A stretch of DNA of 55,163 nt, filler included, from Sphacelaria rigidula (lineage: Eukaryota): the NCBI GenBank assembly GCA_964200075.2. It is 5 parts of 5 records of this genome, joined end to end, with 100 filler letters (N's around TTAATTAATTAA, not from the genome) between each part and the next. Parts side by side here need not be neighbours in the genome. Positions count along the whole stretch, not along the records: positions 11,054 to 22,006 come from CAXNAA020005626.1; positions 22,107 to 33,059 come from CAXNAA020005627.1; 3 more parts are not named here. One strand, 5' to 3'. Below are positions 11,767 to 23,502 of the stretch, one piece after another (position 1 is the first letter of the stretch; every line of letters begins with the position of its first letter). The notes under the pieces are model-generated. The model was not told the origin of the DNA. It made no database searches and saw nothing but the letters and a program-made list of their open reading frames with translations. The translations under genes and the position numbers were made by a program.

Positions 11767-13903
11767 TGAGTACCCCCCCCACCCCGCGCGCGCCAGCGGC
11801 CGCCCCAACCGGTGTACCGGAGGCACAGCCGAACGCTCCCTCCGCCACCCCGCGGGCCGACACAGAGGCTGCCGCATCTAGGCGGCCCGTGCTGTTTGCA
11901 ACAAACGGAGCGGCGGCCGCCATCACCACGTCGTCCCCGGCTCTTCGCGCGGAACCCGACGGAGCCGTAGGCGGGATCATCGGCGGCCCCGCAGCGGCCA
12001 ACCCTCCCGACCCCGGCGCCACCGCAGGGGATACGCCCCCAACCCCCATCACCGGCCGAGGGGCGGGCACGCAATGAAACGCCGGCTCCGAGTCACGCAT
12101 CCGTTGCAGCTGTGGAGCCCAACTGCGGAACAATGGCCACGCCTACTGCGCGCACGCAGCGATAACCTCCTCCCGGTGCTTCCGCGCTACCAGGAACCGA
12201 GAGGCCTCCAACTCGGCCTCCGCACGCGTGTTACTCTGACTGGTCTCCGCCCTCTCCAACTCCAACGTAGCCGCCGCGGTTTCAAGGTCTGCGACCGCCA
12301 CGCGACGCGCCGCCGTCTGGACCACAATTCTGGCCGCATCGTCCCTCTCGAGGGCACCGTCCCAACTCGCTTTTCGAGAAACCGCGGCCTCCACCGCCCG
12401 GGCAATGCCGGCCATGGCCTCCTGTTGGACACGAGACGAATCTTCCGGGACGAGTCGCGTAACACATCAAAACGACCCCCCGACACCGCCGGACGGAAAA
12501 CACGTGACACCTCCGCATAGAAACGGGGACCTGACACTTGCGCCCAACCTTCGTCACATACCCCAGGCGTATTCACCCTCGGTAAGCAGGAACCGCTAGC
12601 AGGGACCCTCCGTACCGGCAGAGGCATTTCCGACTGAGAAACCTTCGTATGACAAACACGGTCCTCTTCCGCCTGCAAACGTCGCGCGAACAATTCATCC
12701 GCCGCCAACGCATTACCCTTCGTCGATCAACGTTCTTCCAGGGCCAATGTGGCCAGCAACTTACGTGCCTACGCCACCAATCTCAACCATACCTCCTGTT
12801 CTTGAACCGTCAACGGAGGCGGTGGAGAGAGGAGTCATCCTACGATAGGAGGGGGGGGATATTTGATTGCACGAACAGAGAGGCTCGAAAGTGTGTCAGA
12901 CGACGTGCCACACTCGCGGTGCCCTTGTATTCAGTTCAAAACAGTGGCAATCGGTATGAACGAGCGTTATGTATCTATAACAATCTCGTTCGAGCAATCG
13001 TTGCTCCTTTCAAGAGCGACCGGTGGTCGTCGTCACCTATTACACGGGCGCCCCGATGCGACGCAGGCTCCGCCGCGGCCACTTCCTCCGTAGCGGGAGC
13101 AGTGCTCTTCGCCAAGACCACGGACTGATCCACAGTGTCTGTCACGCGTTGAAAACGAACGGCACGACGAAACCCAATAGGCGCGCTGAGAGAGACATAC
13201 GACTCCTCACAACCACCCTCCGCAACCGATACACACCGCGCTGGAGGCACGCCAGAACCCCCGACACGACCCCTAACGCGACCACCTGCGGCCATCAACG
13301 CCCACGACCTACCTCCGGCAGCGGAACCACTGCCGTATAACCGAAACCACTCGATCGTGCGAGACTTCCCTCCGCATCGATCTGCGATAAAAGAGCAGCT
13401 TCAAGGCCGGGCGTTTCATCAATAATCGAATTACACCTCTCTCGAGGCCCAGAATGCAAAAACCCACCGCGAGCGTCGAAACCCTTCAGCAGGGGATCAG
13501 GGGCCGAAGCCACCCCCCCCACCCTACCAATCGTAACCGTACCCATGTAAACTTTATCCCCTTTACCCTTACCCTCCTTAACTCTACCAACTCCACCCTT
13601 TCCGAGCCGGGAGGGCTCAACCGCACCCGCCTTACCCTCCAGGGACGGAGGGGAGTTCTCACTAGCTTGCACAGGTAGGATATAACTCTCGGGGGACCAA
13701 AGTTCCGAACGAGCCGGCGAACGAACAGCATGGGCACTACGAATAGACGAACAAGAACCAGACTCACTACCCGCAGCACGCGCCACGTGCGCTGTTACCG
13801 GACTCGGAGGCACGGTCAGACGTGGGGCCGCAGCCAACCGCTGGAACCGCGTGATCGGACCTCTCCCCCCACCCTTACCACGAGTACCCTTCGCACCTGA
13901 CAT
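11767..13903 (-). pseudogene. Decayed gag-like/ORF1 region of a probable LTR retroelement
   Basis: Chain of frameshifted GC-rich ORF pieces (MSGAKGTRGKGGGRG..., MAADELFARRLQAEEDR, coiled-coil AAATLELERAE...). The upstream minus-strand region 14040-14230 resembles the LTR-like region 15060-15200. No diagnostic catalytic motif. Confidence 0.4.
12832..13020. mobile_element. Truncated copy of the GAGTC-TIR MITE
   Basis: Aligns to 46402-46590; right TIR missing. Confidence 0.85.
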
Positions 13904-16900
13904 GAACACAGCGTTTCGAGCAGACAGCCGAAATCCTCGAGCAGGCGCACAGCAAACCAGTCGTCGACGCCACTCTGAGGAAGTTAAACTTCAATCTTGA
14001 GACACGGAGGTTCCATCTTCTCGCGTGTAGCTTCTCTTGTCTCTGCTGCTGTTGTGGGACTAACACTCGGAGCTGGAGAGAGCTGGGGAGGTGGTAGCAG
14101 GGGATGTCTCTTTGTAGAAGGGTGTAGTTGCTGGACGAAAGTAGCCAAGACTTGAGTCGTGTAGAGTTCTATCAGTCTTTTATTAGCACCTAGTATTCTT
14201 GTAGAAACCAAAGCCCAGTTGCTGTGGGGACGGGGAGAACTGGACGAGGGTGGGGCGGGCCAAATTCTGCACGGCCCACTCCATCACCGCGAGAAGATGC
14301 TCCGCACCTGGTCGTCACATTCTATCCGCTATCTAGACAGGTTCTCGCTACTCTATTCGCCATCCAACCGCCCCTAAGCATCCAATCAGATACTCTTGGC
14401 CAAAGGATATATTCTTGACTCTTGACTCTCGCGTACCCACATCAAGACAGTCTGTGCAATTCTCCTGCATCAACCCTGTCTGTGTCAACCCTCTAGAAAC
14501 TGTCGAAGCATCCCCAATGCGGTACTGCAGTCATGTTCCACTCTACCTCTGATGACTCCCGTTTTACTCACATTCACTGTTTTCACCAGTAATGTTCCAA
14601 TCTAATGATCCACTGAAATCTGAAATCACCGCACAATTGTGGTGAGCTCAGTTTTCAGTGTGTGAGCTAGTTGCTGCAAGCGATGTTTCCACGTCGGATA
14701 CTGCTTGCTCAGGGGTGGTATTCAGCGTCCTGCTGGAATACGACCCAAGTACAGTCCAAAAGAGACAGTTCCAGGGTAAAGAGCACAGACAGATTGATTG
14801 CGGAGTGGGTGAAAAGAGGCCGACGGCCGAGCTTGTCTCTAGGTGTGTCAACTGCTAAACATGAGGACCTTGGTGGGCAAAGAACTCATCAAGTAACTGT
14901 CCACGTAGCAGGTATAATGTCGTCAGTGGGGGTATGGAACGTTTCACCTGACTGTTTTGGTGTGAAGGCCGCTGAGTTTGGTGTGTCCCACCCTTGTCAG
15001 TCCTCACGAGTTACCAGTTTTCGGATCTGAAACAACAAGTGTTTGAGCGTACATCCGGGATACATCAATAATAGAACATCAACACAAGGTTTTGGCCGTC
15101 TATCTTCTTCACTTTCCACACTTCTACGGGGAGCTTTCACCCTGACTGTCCCAGCTGCTCCCCGCAGCCCTGGATGACTGCACCACCAAGAGCACGACAT
15201 ACTTGAGAACAAACAAGTGAGAAGAAAGGATTCTCTATTTCTGCGGAGCGAAATTCAGGTCCCTCTGAGTGGCGTCGTCGACTGGTTTGCTGTGCTGCTG
15301 CTCTTTGGGATTCGTCGGCGGGAGTGTTGTGGAGGATCGAGAGGGTTTGCTATGTGAGGTTGATCCCGGTTCCCCTCATGAGGGCTTGTCGGTAGCCGTG
15401 GCGGTGTTTTCGGTTTGTGTTTCTATGAAGCTTCAATCGCCGACCGACGGCGACGGTTTGATCCCCAAACCCTGGCACAATTCGGTGAGGAATCTAGCTC
15501 CGCCTGTGTGGGGAGTAACGGTCAAGCGGCGGTGGCACTTCCGCCGGTTCGTGGGTTGAGTGCGACCTCGGTAGCCGGTGAGGTCGTCCAGTGTCAGGTG
15601 TGTGAGGGTGTAAATACCCGTCGCCGTGATGATAGCGACAGTCGTGAGTGTCACGGTGTTGAGAGAGACCGCGATGATCGGTCGCAGCGGGGCAATGATC
15701 CTCACAGCGTGTCGGTGATCCCCCCGCGTGAATTGTGTATGGCTATTCCCACAGACGCTGCGAGACGGTTGACCCGTTCGGCACGGCATACTGCCGATGC
15801 TGTCGAGGTAGGGGTGCCGGCTGCGACTGGGGCGGGGTATCCCGTGTGGGGCTGCGGCGAACCTCCGGAGGTGGAGATGCCGTTGGCGCGGTTGTCGAAA
15901 CCGCGTGTTGTGTTCTGCCGTGAGCAGTGCCCGCGGTCGATGCGCGGGTTCGTGCGCGCGCTTCACGCGCTGAATGCGAGTAGCCGACCGGGTTGTGGGC
16001 AAGACGGGCTTTCGAGGCGCGATCATAAACGGTGCGTGGAGTCCGTCTTTCTAAAAGTGCCGAGTGGAGTCATGCGCGTTGCGGATTTGATGTCAACTGT
16101 GACTTGTTTACTGGCAGAGGGTGCATCGAGGTCGGATACCCTGGCGTACTTGGTGCAAGTTATTTGTACGGAACTCAATTGCCTCACTGTGGATGCTATT
16201 TTACGTAAACTAAAGAATTTCCGGGTGTTCGAGGGGACGGTATTTGCGGACTACCTCCGTAGCCTCCGTATTCTGGTGAGCAATGTGCAAAACTTTGATG
16301 CTGAAATGACGCCTGACCAGGCGCAGGTACAGTCGGCCATAAAAACAGTCATTCAGGAGCAATTCCCGGGGATCAGTAGTCACGTATTTGCGGGTAGGGA
16401 CGACTGTGCGACGCCGTTGGCCTCGTTGAAACGGCTAATGGCTAAACTCGATGATTTCAGGACTAACACGATGCGGGCGCATGCGCCTCGGCTCGCGCCG
16501 GGGCCGACGGGGAGTAGGCTCGGAACCGCTATCCCCCACAAGTGAACCGGGCTAGGGCATTTGGGGGGGTAATGAGTATCACTCGCATGCGGGAGTTTGA
16601 CCGGGAAGACCAAGAAATGGCTTACGTGTACATGGTGGGGCGGGGAAATGGGGGCCGTTTGGGAGGATTAAAGACCCGCCCTTCTACGAACTGTTCCCCA
16701 CCCGAGAGCTTAAAAACAAGGCGCGACAAGCTTTTGGCCCATACTGTTTGAACCGTGGTAGCGCTGATCATACGTTGGCTCGCAGTTGTCCGCAAGAGTT
16801 TATCAAGAAGTCTGGTCTTACCCACCATTCGATGGGGGAAGGCACCCCGTAGGAAGTGCGCTAGAAATGGGGTCGGTGGCAGCGTCGGTTACGTTCCTAT

Positions 16901-17360
16901 TTTACCGAAAACCACCCCAACAAGCAACGAAGGGGCGACGGTAAGGATTGGGCCGCCTTACCGATAGCACGGGTGGTAGGTATCAACGAGCCTCGACAAG
17001 CTCGAAATGGTCGGTCACCGGGGGTGTATGTTCCACAGCAGGGCGAGACTGCTGTATGTAGTAAAGTTTCGGTTAACACGGATGTTCGGCGGACTCGAAC
17101 TAATCAGTCGCCTGGGGAAATTGTTCCACAGCAGGCCCAACCTGTTCCGTGTAGCGAATCCTCTGCTAATCATGATGCTCATCGAGCTCAACAAGGTCGG
17201 TTTCCTGTGTCATTTGATCCATAGCAGGCTGTTCCTGCTATAGAAGGCGAAATTCCCCGACTCCCTCCCGCACAGAGCGGACTTTGGCAACGAGACAGGG
17301 TACTATCTGTCTGGGGGGTGTCGGTAGAGGTGGGAGTGTTGTTTCCGCTTTGGGGGTACA

Positions 17361-17801
17361 CACGGAATCTAACAAATTGGGGGAGGGTTTTTAATTGGGG
17401 ATGAGAAACCCGGAGAATTAAGATATTCGTATCCACACCAAATCTTCGAAATATGGTTCCATTTTTTATCTACTCATAGCTATTGACAACATGCTATATG
17501 CCATAGAAAAATGGATTTTGATTACCGAAATGTTGGGGTCGTAGGTAAAAACCAACTTCGGAACCATTTTAGTATCCGTGAAGACACCCGAAATTCCCCG
17601 AAATTAGTTTTCACGTAGGAGCCCAACATTTCGGTGATCGAAGTACAATTTTCTATGGCGTATAGCAGTTGTCAATAGCTATCAGTAGGTGAAAAAATGG
17701 AACCATATTTCGAAGATTTGATGTGGATACGAAGATTTGAGTTCTGCGGGTTTCCCATCCCCAATAATAAAATATCCATCCCCAATTTGTAAGATCCCGT
17801 G
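17361..17801. mobile_element. Foldback MITE with ~200-bp inverted arms inserted in the gypsy element
   Basis: CACGGAATCTAACAAATTGGGG ... CCCCAATTTGTAAGATCCCGTG; inner pairs AAATCTTCGAAATATGGTTCCATTTTTT / AAAAAATGGAACCATATTTCGAAGATTT and ATAGCTATTGACAAC / GTTGTCAATAGCTAT; AT-rich against a GC-rich host. Confidence 0.9.
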
Positions 17802-20800
17802 TTAGTAGCCGTGGGATCTGGTCAATCTTGACGTGACCTTAGCAGGGAGGGGCGGCTCCTGCACTTTGCACTATGTCCACTGCGCGTCGATCTGGTGTGG
17901 TGGGTGTTGACCGACGGAAGGGGGGTGTGGTCCGGCGTTGCGCTCCGGACAGCCTTTCCTTCCAAGGTGGCGAAGATACACGGGTAAATGAGTCAATTGT
18001 GCAGGCCAGCTGTTGCGGTGGGCGTTGCTCACGTCCGACAGACGCTAGGGATTTGGACGGTCCTAGTGCGATGGATCCATCACATGGTAAGGAGAGCCCA
18101 GGAGTTGAATTCGTCCAGGGTGACGGAGGTATTCCGCGTTGCGACGCTCGGGGCCCACGAGGCACTCGGCGCTGTTACCCAAAGAAGGGGACGTCGCAAT
18201 ATGCTACCAGTGGAGGGTCTGCTCTCTCTGGCGCGAAGCCAGACTCGAGTGACCCTGGTTTGGGCCGACTTTCCTCGAGTAGGATCTCGGTTCCCAAGGG
18301 GAGCCAACTTGAAGTACTGTCAGAGGATGATAGCTTGGTGTCACGCACGGGCTCAATGCCACGCAGTTGTGTTGATGAACCCAACCTTTCGGAACTGAGT
18401 AGTGTCTTCTCACGCTCGGGGGCATCCGCGGATGCTCACGGGGCTCGACCTGTTGTTGGTAATGTGAGTGCAGTGATCGGCGGGCACGTGCTGGTACATC
18501 GCGTGCGAAATACGGCAGGGGTGAAGGTGTTTGGCAGCCCGACGGCAACTCGGATGTGGGGGGGTGCGGCGCTGTTGGACAGTGGGAGTCCAGCGACGTT
18601 CATCCTGACCACGGTATGTATGTCCATGGTGCAGCATGGGGCTGGTTTTGGTGACGCGATGCGGGACATTGATCCCGTATCGTGGGGTGGATTTAGTGGT
18701 GTTCTTCTGAAAAGTACTTCTCAGGTGCGCTTGAATATTCGCTTTATTGAGGGTACTCGTAAGGATCGGAAACTCGGGCACGAGTGCCTGCTTCGCGGTC
18801 TATGCGCATTTTGAGCCTTACGGTATCATGTCTTCTGACTTACTGTTGGGACGCGATGGGTTGGTTCAACCTCCTGTGCGATCATATCGTGATGTCAGTG
18901 AATCTAGAACTATCATGTCGCTTGAGGAGGCCTCGCAATCTCCAGGTCCCATTGCGTTTGACCGTTGGGTCCTGAACGTGGTGGGTATGATTGAACGAGC
19001 GTCAGGATCAGGCAAGGAGGTGGTTGTGAGTTCCGCGGGTGAGTCCGATCAGGTGGTGACGCACGAGTTGACGTGGGTTCCCATCACACTGCAGCCGCCT
19101 AGCGGGGCTTCTGCTCCGTCGGGATCGTATTATGTGTGTTTCGAGCAGGGTTGGTCCCCCTCGGAAATGGTGGTGGATGCCGTGCCGGGGATGAAATTGA
19201 GTAGGGCAGGTTTGCCACTGGAACCGTGTTCGCTGAATGATGTGAAACGTTTCAGATTACCTACCCCGGTGCCGCCTGGTGTGTTTGTGGTCGAGGAGGA
19301 GGTGTCGGCTCCGGAAGACAAGATGTATGGAGATTTATGTGCGGACAAACGCGTGGTGTTCCGGCGATTGTGGGATCGCCTCCCGGTGCATTTGCGTGGT
19401 ATCAATTTCGGTTGATAGGACAAAATCCGGGGCAACTCCTATCAAGCAGCGGTCGTACCATCACAATCCCGCCCTGCAACAAAAGGTGCAAGTTGAAATT
19501 GACAGACTCGTGGCTGGTGAATTGTTGCGGCGGTCATATTTCAACTGGAGTTCCCCGTTGGTGGTGGTGAACAAGAAATATGGGGGTATTCGTTTGATGT
19601 GCAACTACCGTAAACTCAACAAAGCTACCGTCACCCCGATCTTGCCCATTCCCACCATCGATCAACTTTCGGATGAGTTTGGTGGTCATAAAGTATCCAC
19701 ATGTTTGGATATTCTGTCGGGTTATTTCAATATCTCGATCCATCCTGACACCATCCCCCTCACCGCCGTGTCCACACAGTCCGGATTGTATGAGTGGTTG
19801 ATTATGCCTATGGGATGCAGTGGGAGTCCAGGGTGGTTTCAATCTATCATGGCGAGGGCGTGTGAAGGATTGAAACGGTGCCGTTTGTATATTGACGCCA
19901 TCTGCACGTTCAGCACAAACGGGACTGAGCATGTGAATGATTTGGCCGCCTTCCTAGAACGTCTGACCAAATTCTATTTGAAACTGGCGCCGAAGAAGGC
20001 TCATCTGGGGGCGCGAGAAAGGCAATTCTTGGGTCATCATATCTCGGCCGACGGCATTGCGCGCGACTCCAAGAAAGTGGACGCGTTGCGGTTAATAGCG
20101 ATGCCCACAAATGTCGGTGAGCTGCGTTCGCTGTTGGGGGGATTGAGTTATTATCGGAAAGTATCCCCAAGATGGCCTCCCGCACTTAATCCAACAATGA
20201 TTAGCTGAATAAAGGAGTGGAGTTCTCGTTCACGCGGGAAAACGCGGCGACTGTCCGCGGAATTCTGGACGAGTTTTCTAGCACTACGATTCTGGCCTTT
20301 CCCGACTATGAGGGGGCTGCGTCTGGTGGCCGTCCTTTTATGTTGGTCACTGACGCCAGCAAGGAAGGTATGGGCGCTGTGATGGAACAGCGCCAGCCAG
20401 ATGGAGCCGTGCGGCCTTCATGTTTTTTGAGCCGGAGCACGTTGCCGAATGAAAGAAATTGGACGGCTGCTGAGTTGGAAGCGGGTGCTATTGTGTGGGC
20501 TGTGAAAAAATCGGCCGCTGTTTTATGGGGTGCCTTTTCAAATTTATAGCGACCACCAGCCTAAGCGCAGTTTGTCTAGCTTGGCGGAAAAGGTACCACG
20601 GGTCCAGCGTTGGCAGAAGTTTTATAGCGCATACATTTACGATTTTTTCTACAAACCGGATGTATCTAACCAACGCCGATATGCTGTTCCATTTGCCGCA
20701 AGCTCACAGCTCGGAAAATGTTAACGGGCGGTTCCAAATCACCGACCCTGCTGACGTCGATGTGTATATTATTGGGGCTACTGGTATCGTGCCTCGCGGC

Positions 20801-20929
20801 TTTGAAGGTCACCATGGTTCCGGTTTGGATGGGCTCCCCGGCGGGTTCGTCGCGCCCCAGGGTTCCAGTTTGGATGGGCTCCTCCCTCATGGTGTTGTTC
20901 AAAGGCGGGGGAGAGAACTTTCGGACATA

Positions 20930-21039
20930 CACTGGTGACCACTGGGGTGTCTGTAACCTGGAATTTAGACGTTACAGACCTTGCACAACGTCTGTAACGC
21001 CCATATTCCAGGTTACAGCCACCCCAGTGGCCACCCGTG
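20930..21039. mobile_element. 110-bp fully palindromic MITE with TA TSD (Tc1/mariner-type)
   Basis: TA|CACTGGTGACCACTGGGGTGTCTGTAACCTGGAAT ... ATTCCAGGTTACAGCCACCCCAGTGGCCACCCGTG|TA. Confidence 0.85.
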
Positions 21040-21985
21040 TACCGTTGACACTCTCAGAAGTAGCGGATGACGGGTGCGATCAAGTTTAAACTAATCTCAT
21101 GGGAAAACAGTGGATGGCAGTCTGGAAGGGGCCGGAAGTGGTAAGAGATGACTCGCGCCTTTTCCCCGCGAAGGTTACTGATGTGGTGTGTGGGCAGTGG
21201 GAACTGGAGTTTTTCTCACATGCCTGCCCGGTTACTAAAGTGAGGAAATATTTGTTGCACGGGACGGCGGGCTCGGACGTTTTGGTAATCACGGACGGTG
21301 AGGCTGGGCCAGCCGAAGGGGACGGTGCGGGTTCCCCCGCGCCCACCGTAGAGGTGGCGCAACCATGTATTTTTGGAGAGCATTTGTGTGCCAAGTCAGC
21401 GGGTGACTGGGCGCATATCCAACATACTGATTTGACCGCGCGTACAACTACCATGTATCTCTCACAGGGGACAACGGTATTCACGAAGAAAGAGGAGAAA
21501 TCTGTGGATGGTGGTATTGATGTGAAGGAACTGAGGGCATTGTTGAAACAAGGAGAACTGTATGAGCTAGCGAACGGTAGCAAATTGTTAGTGAAACAAA
21601 TTACCCATGGGCCTTTGGATTCGTTGGACCGTAACCCGGGGGTATTTAAGCGTTATCTCGGGGATGAACCGGTGCGTACGTATGTCCCTTTGATGCTGAG
21701 GCCCTGGGTGATGAACCAGACGCATAAAGAGGCAGTGCACCTTGGGGGGAAAGTGACCCTCTCTCTGTTGCGAAGGTATTATTGGTGGGTCGGTGTGAAA
21801 GAAAGTGTGAAATTCTGGATTCGGCGTTGCTACTCGTGCCAGGCCAAGAAATCCAACCGCTATACGGTGCGTTGGCCTTTAGTTTCGCTGCCACTGCCAA
21901 GTTGGCCGGGGCAAATGGTAGCATTCGATTTCCTGGGCCCTCTGCCGAAAACGAAGAGAGGCAATAGACACCTTTTTCTCACGGT

Positions 21986-22006
21986 GAGTCGTCCTACGAT
22001 AGGGGG
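21986..22006. mobile_element. Left TIR of the GAGTC MITE interrupting integrase; the contig breaks in its G-tract
   Basis: GAGTCGTCCTACGATAGGGGG matches the TIR at 46402. Confidence 0.85.
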
Positions 22007-22106
22007 NNNNNNNNNNNNNNNNNNNNNNNNNNNNNNNNNNNNNNNNNNNNTTAATTAATTAANNNNNNNNNNNNNNNNNNNNNNNNNNNNNNNNNNNNNN
22101 NNNNNN
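22007..22106. other. Artificial contig linker
   Basis: Same N44-TTAATTAATTAA-N44 structure. Confidence 0.98.
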
Positions 22107-22439
22107 TAAGATTCTTCGGCCCGAAGCGTACTGATTATCTCGCATTTGGATGACAGCCTACAATGAGTTATCAGGGAATCAGCAGTTTCGGCAAGCGCTC
22201 TAAGCTCACAGAGTCGGTAAAATGCGCTGAAAAAGTATCTACGCGACCGAGGGGCATTAGGCCGACAAAAAGGTAATTGGGCACTATCGCTGTAAGTGTG
22301 GAGAAATTACTGTTTTGGGCTCGAACCTCATTTCATTGATGAACCTCATTTTATAAAATCCTCTGTTATCTATGTTGTGTTATTTTACTCGCTGTTACAT
22401 GAATATGGCTCTAAAGTGCAAGGTATGCAGTAAAATACG

Positions 22440-22535
22440 ATACTACTACTGCTGCTGCTATTACTCATACCACTACCACTACCGTTACGACTACTACTAC
22501 AATCATTTCTACTATTGCTACTACTACTACTAATC

Positions 22536-22576
<41 letters not shown>

Positions 22577-22577
22577 G
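22440..22577. repeat. (CTA)n-type microsatellite
   Basis: Imperfect CTA/CTG/CCA triplet runs. Confidence 0.95.
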
Positions 22578-23502
22578 CCAGGTGTTGAACTTGATGGCGG
22601 ACACTCCATTCCTCTTAGAGCCCTGCATGATTATACTTGTTTTGTGTCGTGTACGTGTTTTTGTCTCAGAAACAAAAACCCAGTTCCGGAAAGGAAGCTA
22701 AAGTTGACGTTCTTTCGGAATCACATCCACGAAACGTAGCTGCAAGCCAACTCGTCAGCATGAAGGAAACGAAGTCGCGTCACCGGGGGATTTGCTGACT
22801 TGCAGTGTAACCTCGGAATGGTCAATATCTTGCCCGTACCCAAACGCTCAACTTCGGCCGGGTGAAGGCATGCTTGAACGTGTGCTCGGATTTCTTGATT
22901 GGAAACCGGGGAGTTCGTGTACGCAGTTGCGCTGATGGAGAGGGTCTTACTGCAGGTTGACCCCCGCGAGGTTGATTTCCTCACACAGGGTATCTAAAAA
23001 GTGCCGTCAGGTTACGTTCCACGAAGATTTTGGAGTGTGAGATGCTTACTCTGATCTCTTCCTTAATCTTCACGTTCCCCTTTCTCGATCTTTTCTTCAG
23101 TGAGTGTTTCCGTCTCTATGTACCTTGAATACGACTATCTGCTGGCCTCGACTGTTTTCCTCTGGGACCAGTCGCTTCGCGAAATGTCTGTCAGCCGATC
23201 AAACCACGGCGTCAGGTGAACACGGTATGATCAGTACCGATGTCTATGCCTCGGCGACTTTACGGCGGCATACGCGTTGGAACCGGCATTCCCTGCACAC
23301 TGGGCGGGTCAGCTTTCGGCACCCTTCCGTATCCTTTTTTCTCATTTACCTTGACGCTCGCCGTACTCCTCCGCGTTATTCACTCGCTCGCGTCATGACC
23401 TCTCGACCTCTCACTCCACCCTTCAGCCACCCGCACCGCGACGCGCAAGGAGCTACGCGGGCGACGAAGCTACCAATTTCTGCGACACTCAAACATCAGT
23501 AG

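Larger units (their letters stand above)
14638..21985 (+). mobile_element. Decayed Ty3/gypsy LTR retrotransposon (candidate LTR ~14638-15199, gag, PR, RT, RNase H, start of IN)
   Basis: gag-like ORF 15415-16545 and degenerate knuckle CLNRGSADH...C at ~16745; protease ALLDSGSPATFI / LLLGRD; RT WSSPLVVV...YRKLN...MPMG...YIDA; RNase H LVTDASKEGMGAV; IN HHCC (H..HLG...YYWW...CYSC). The order PR-RT-RH-IN identifies gypsy. Many frameshifts; LTR limits tentative. Confidence 0.92.
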
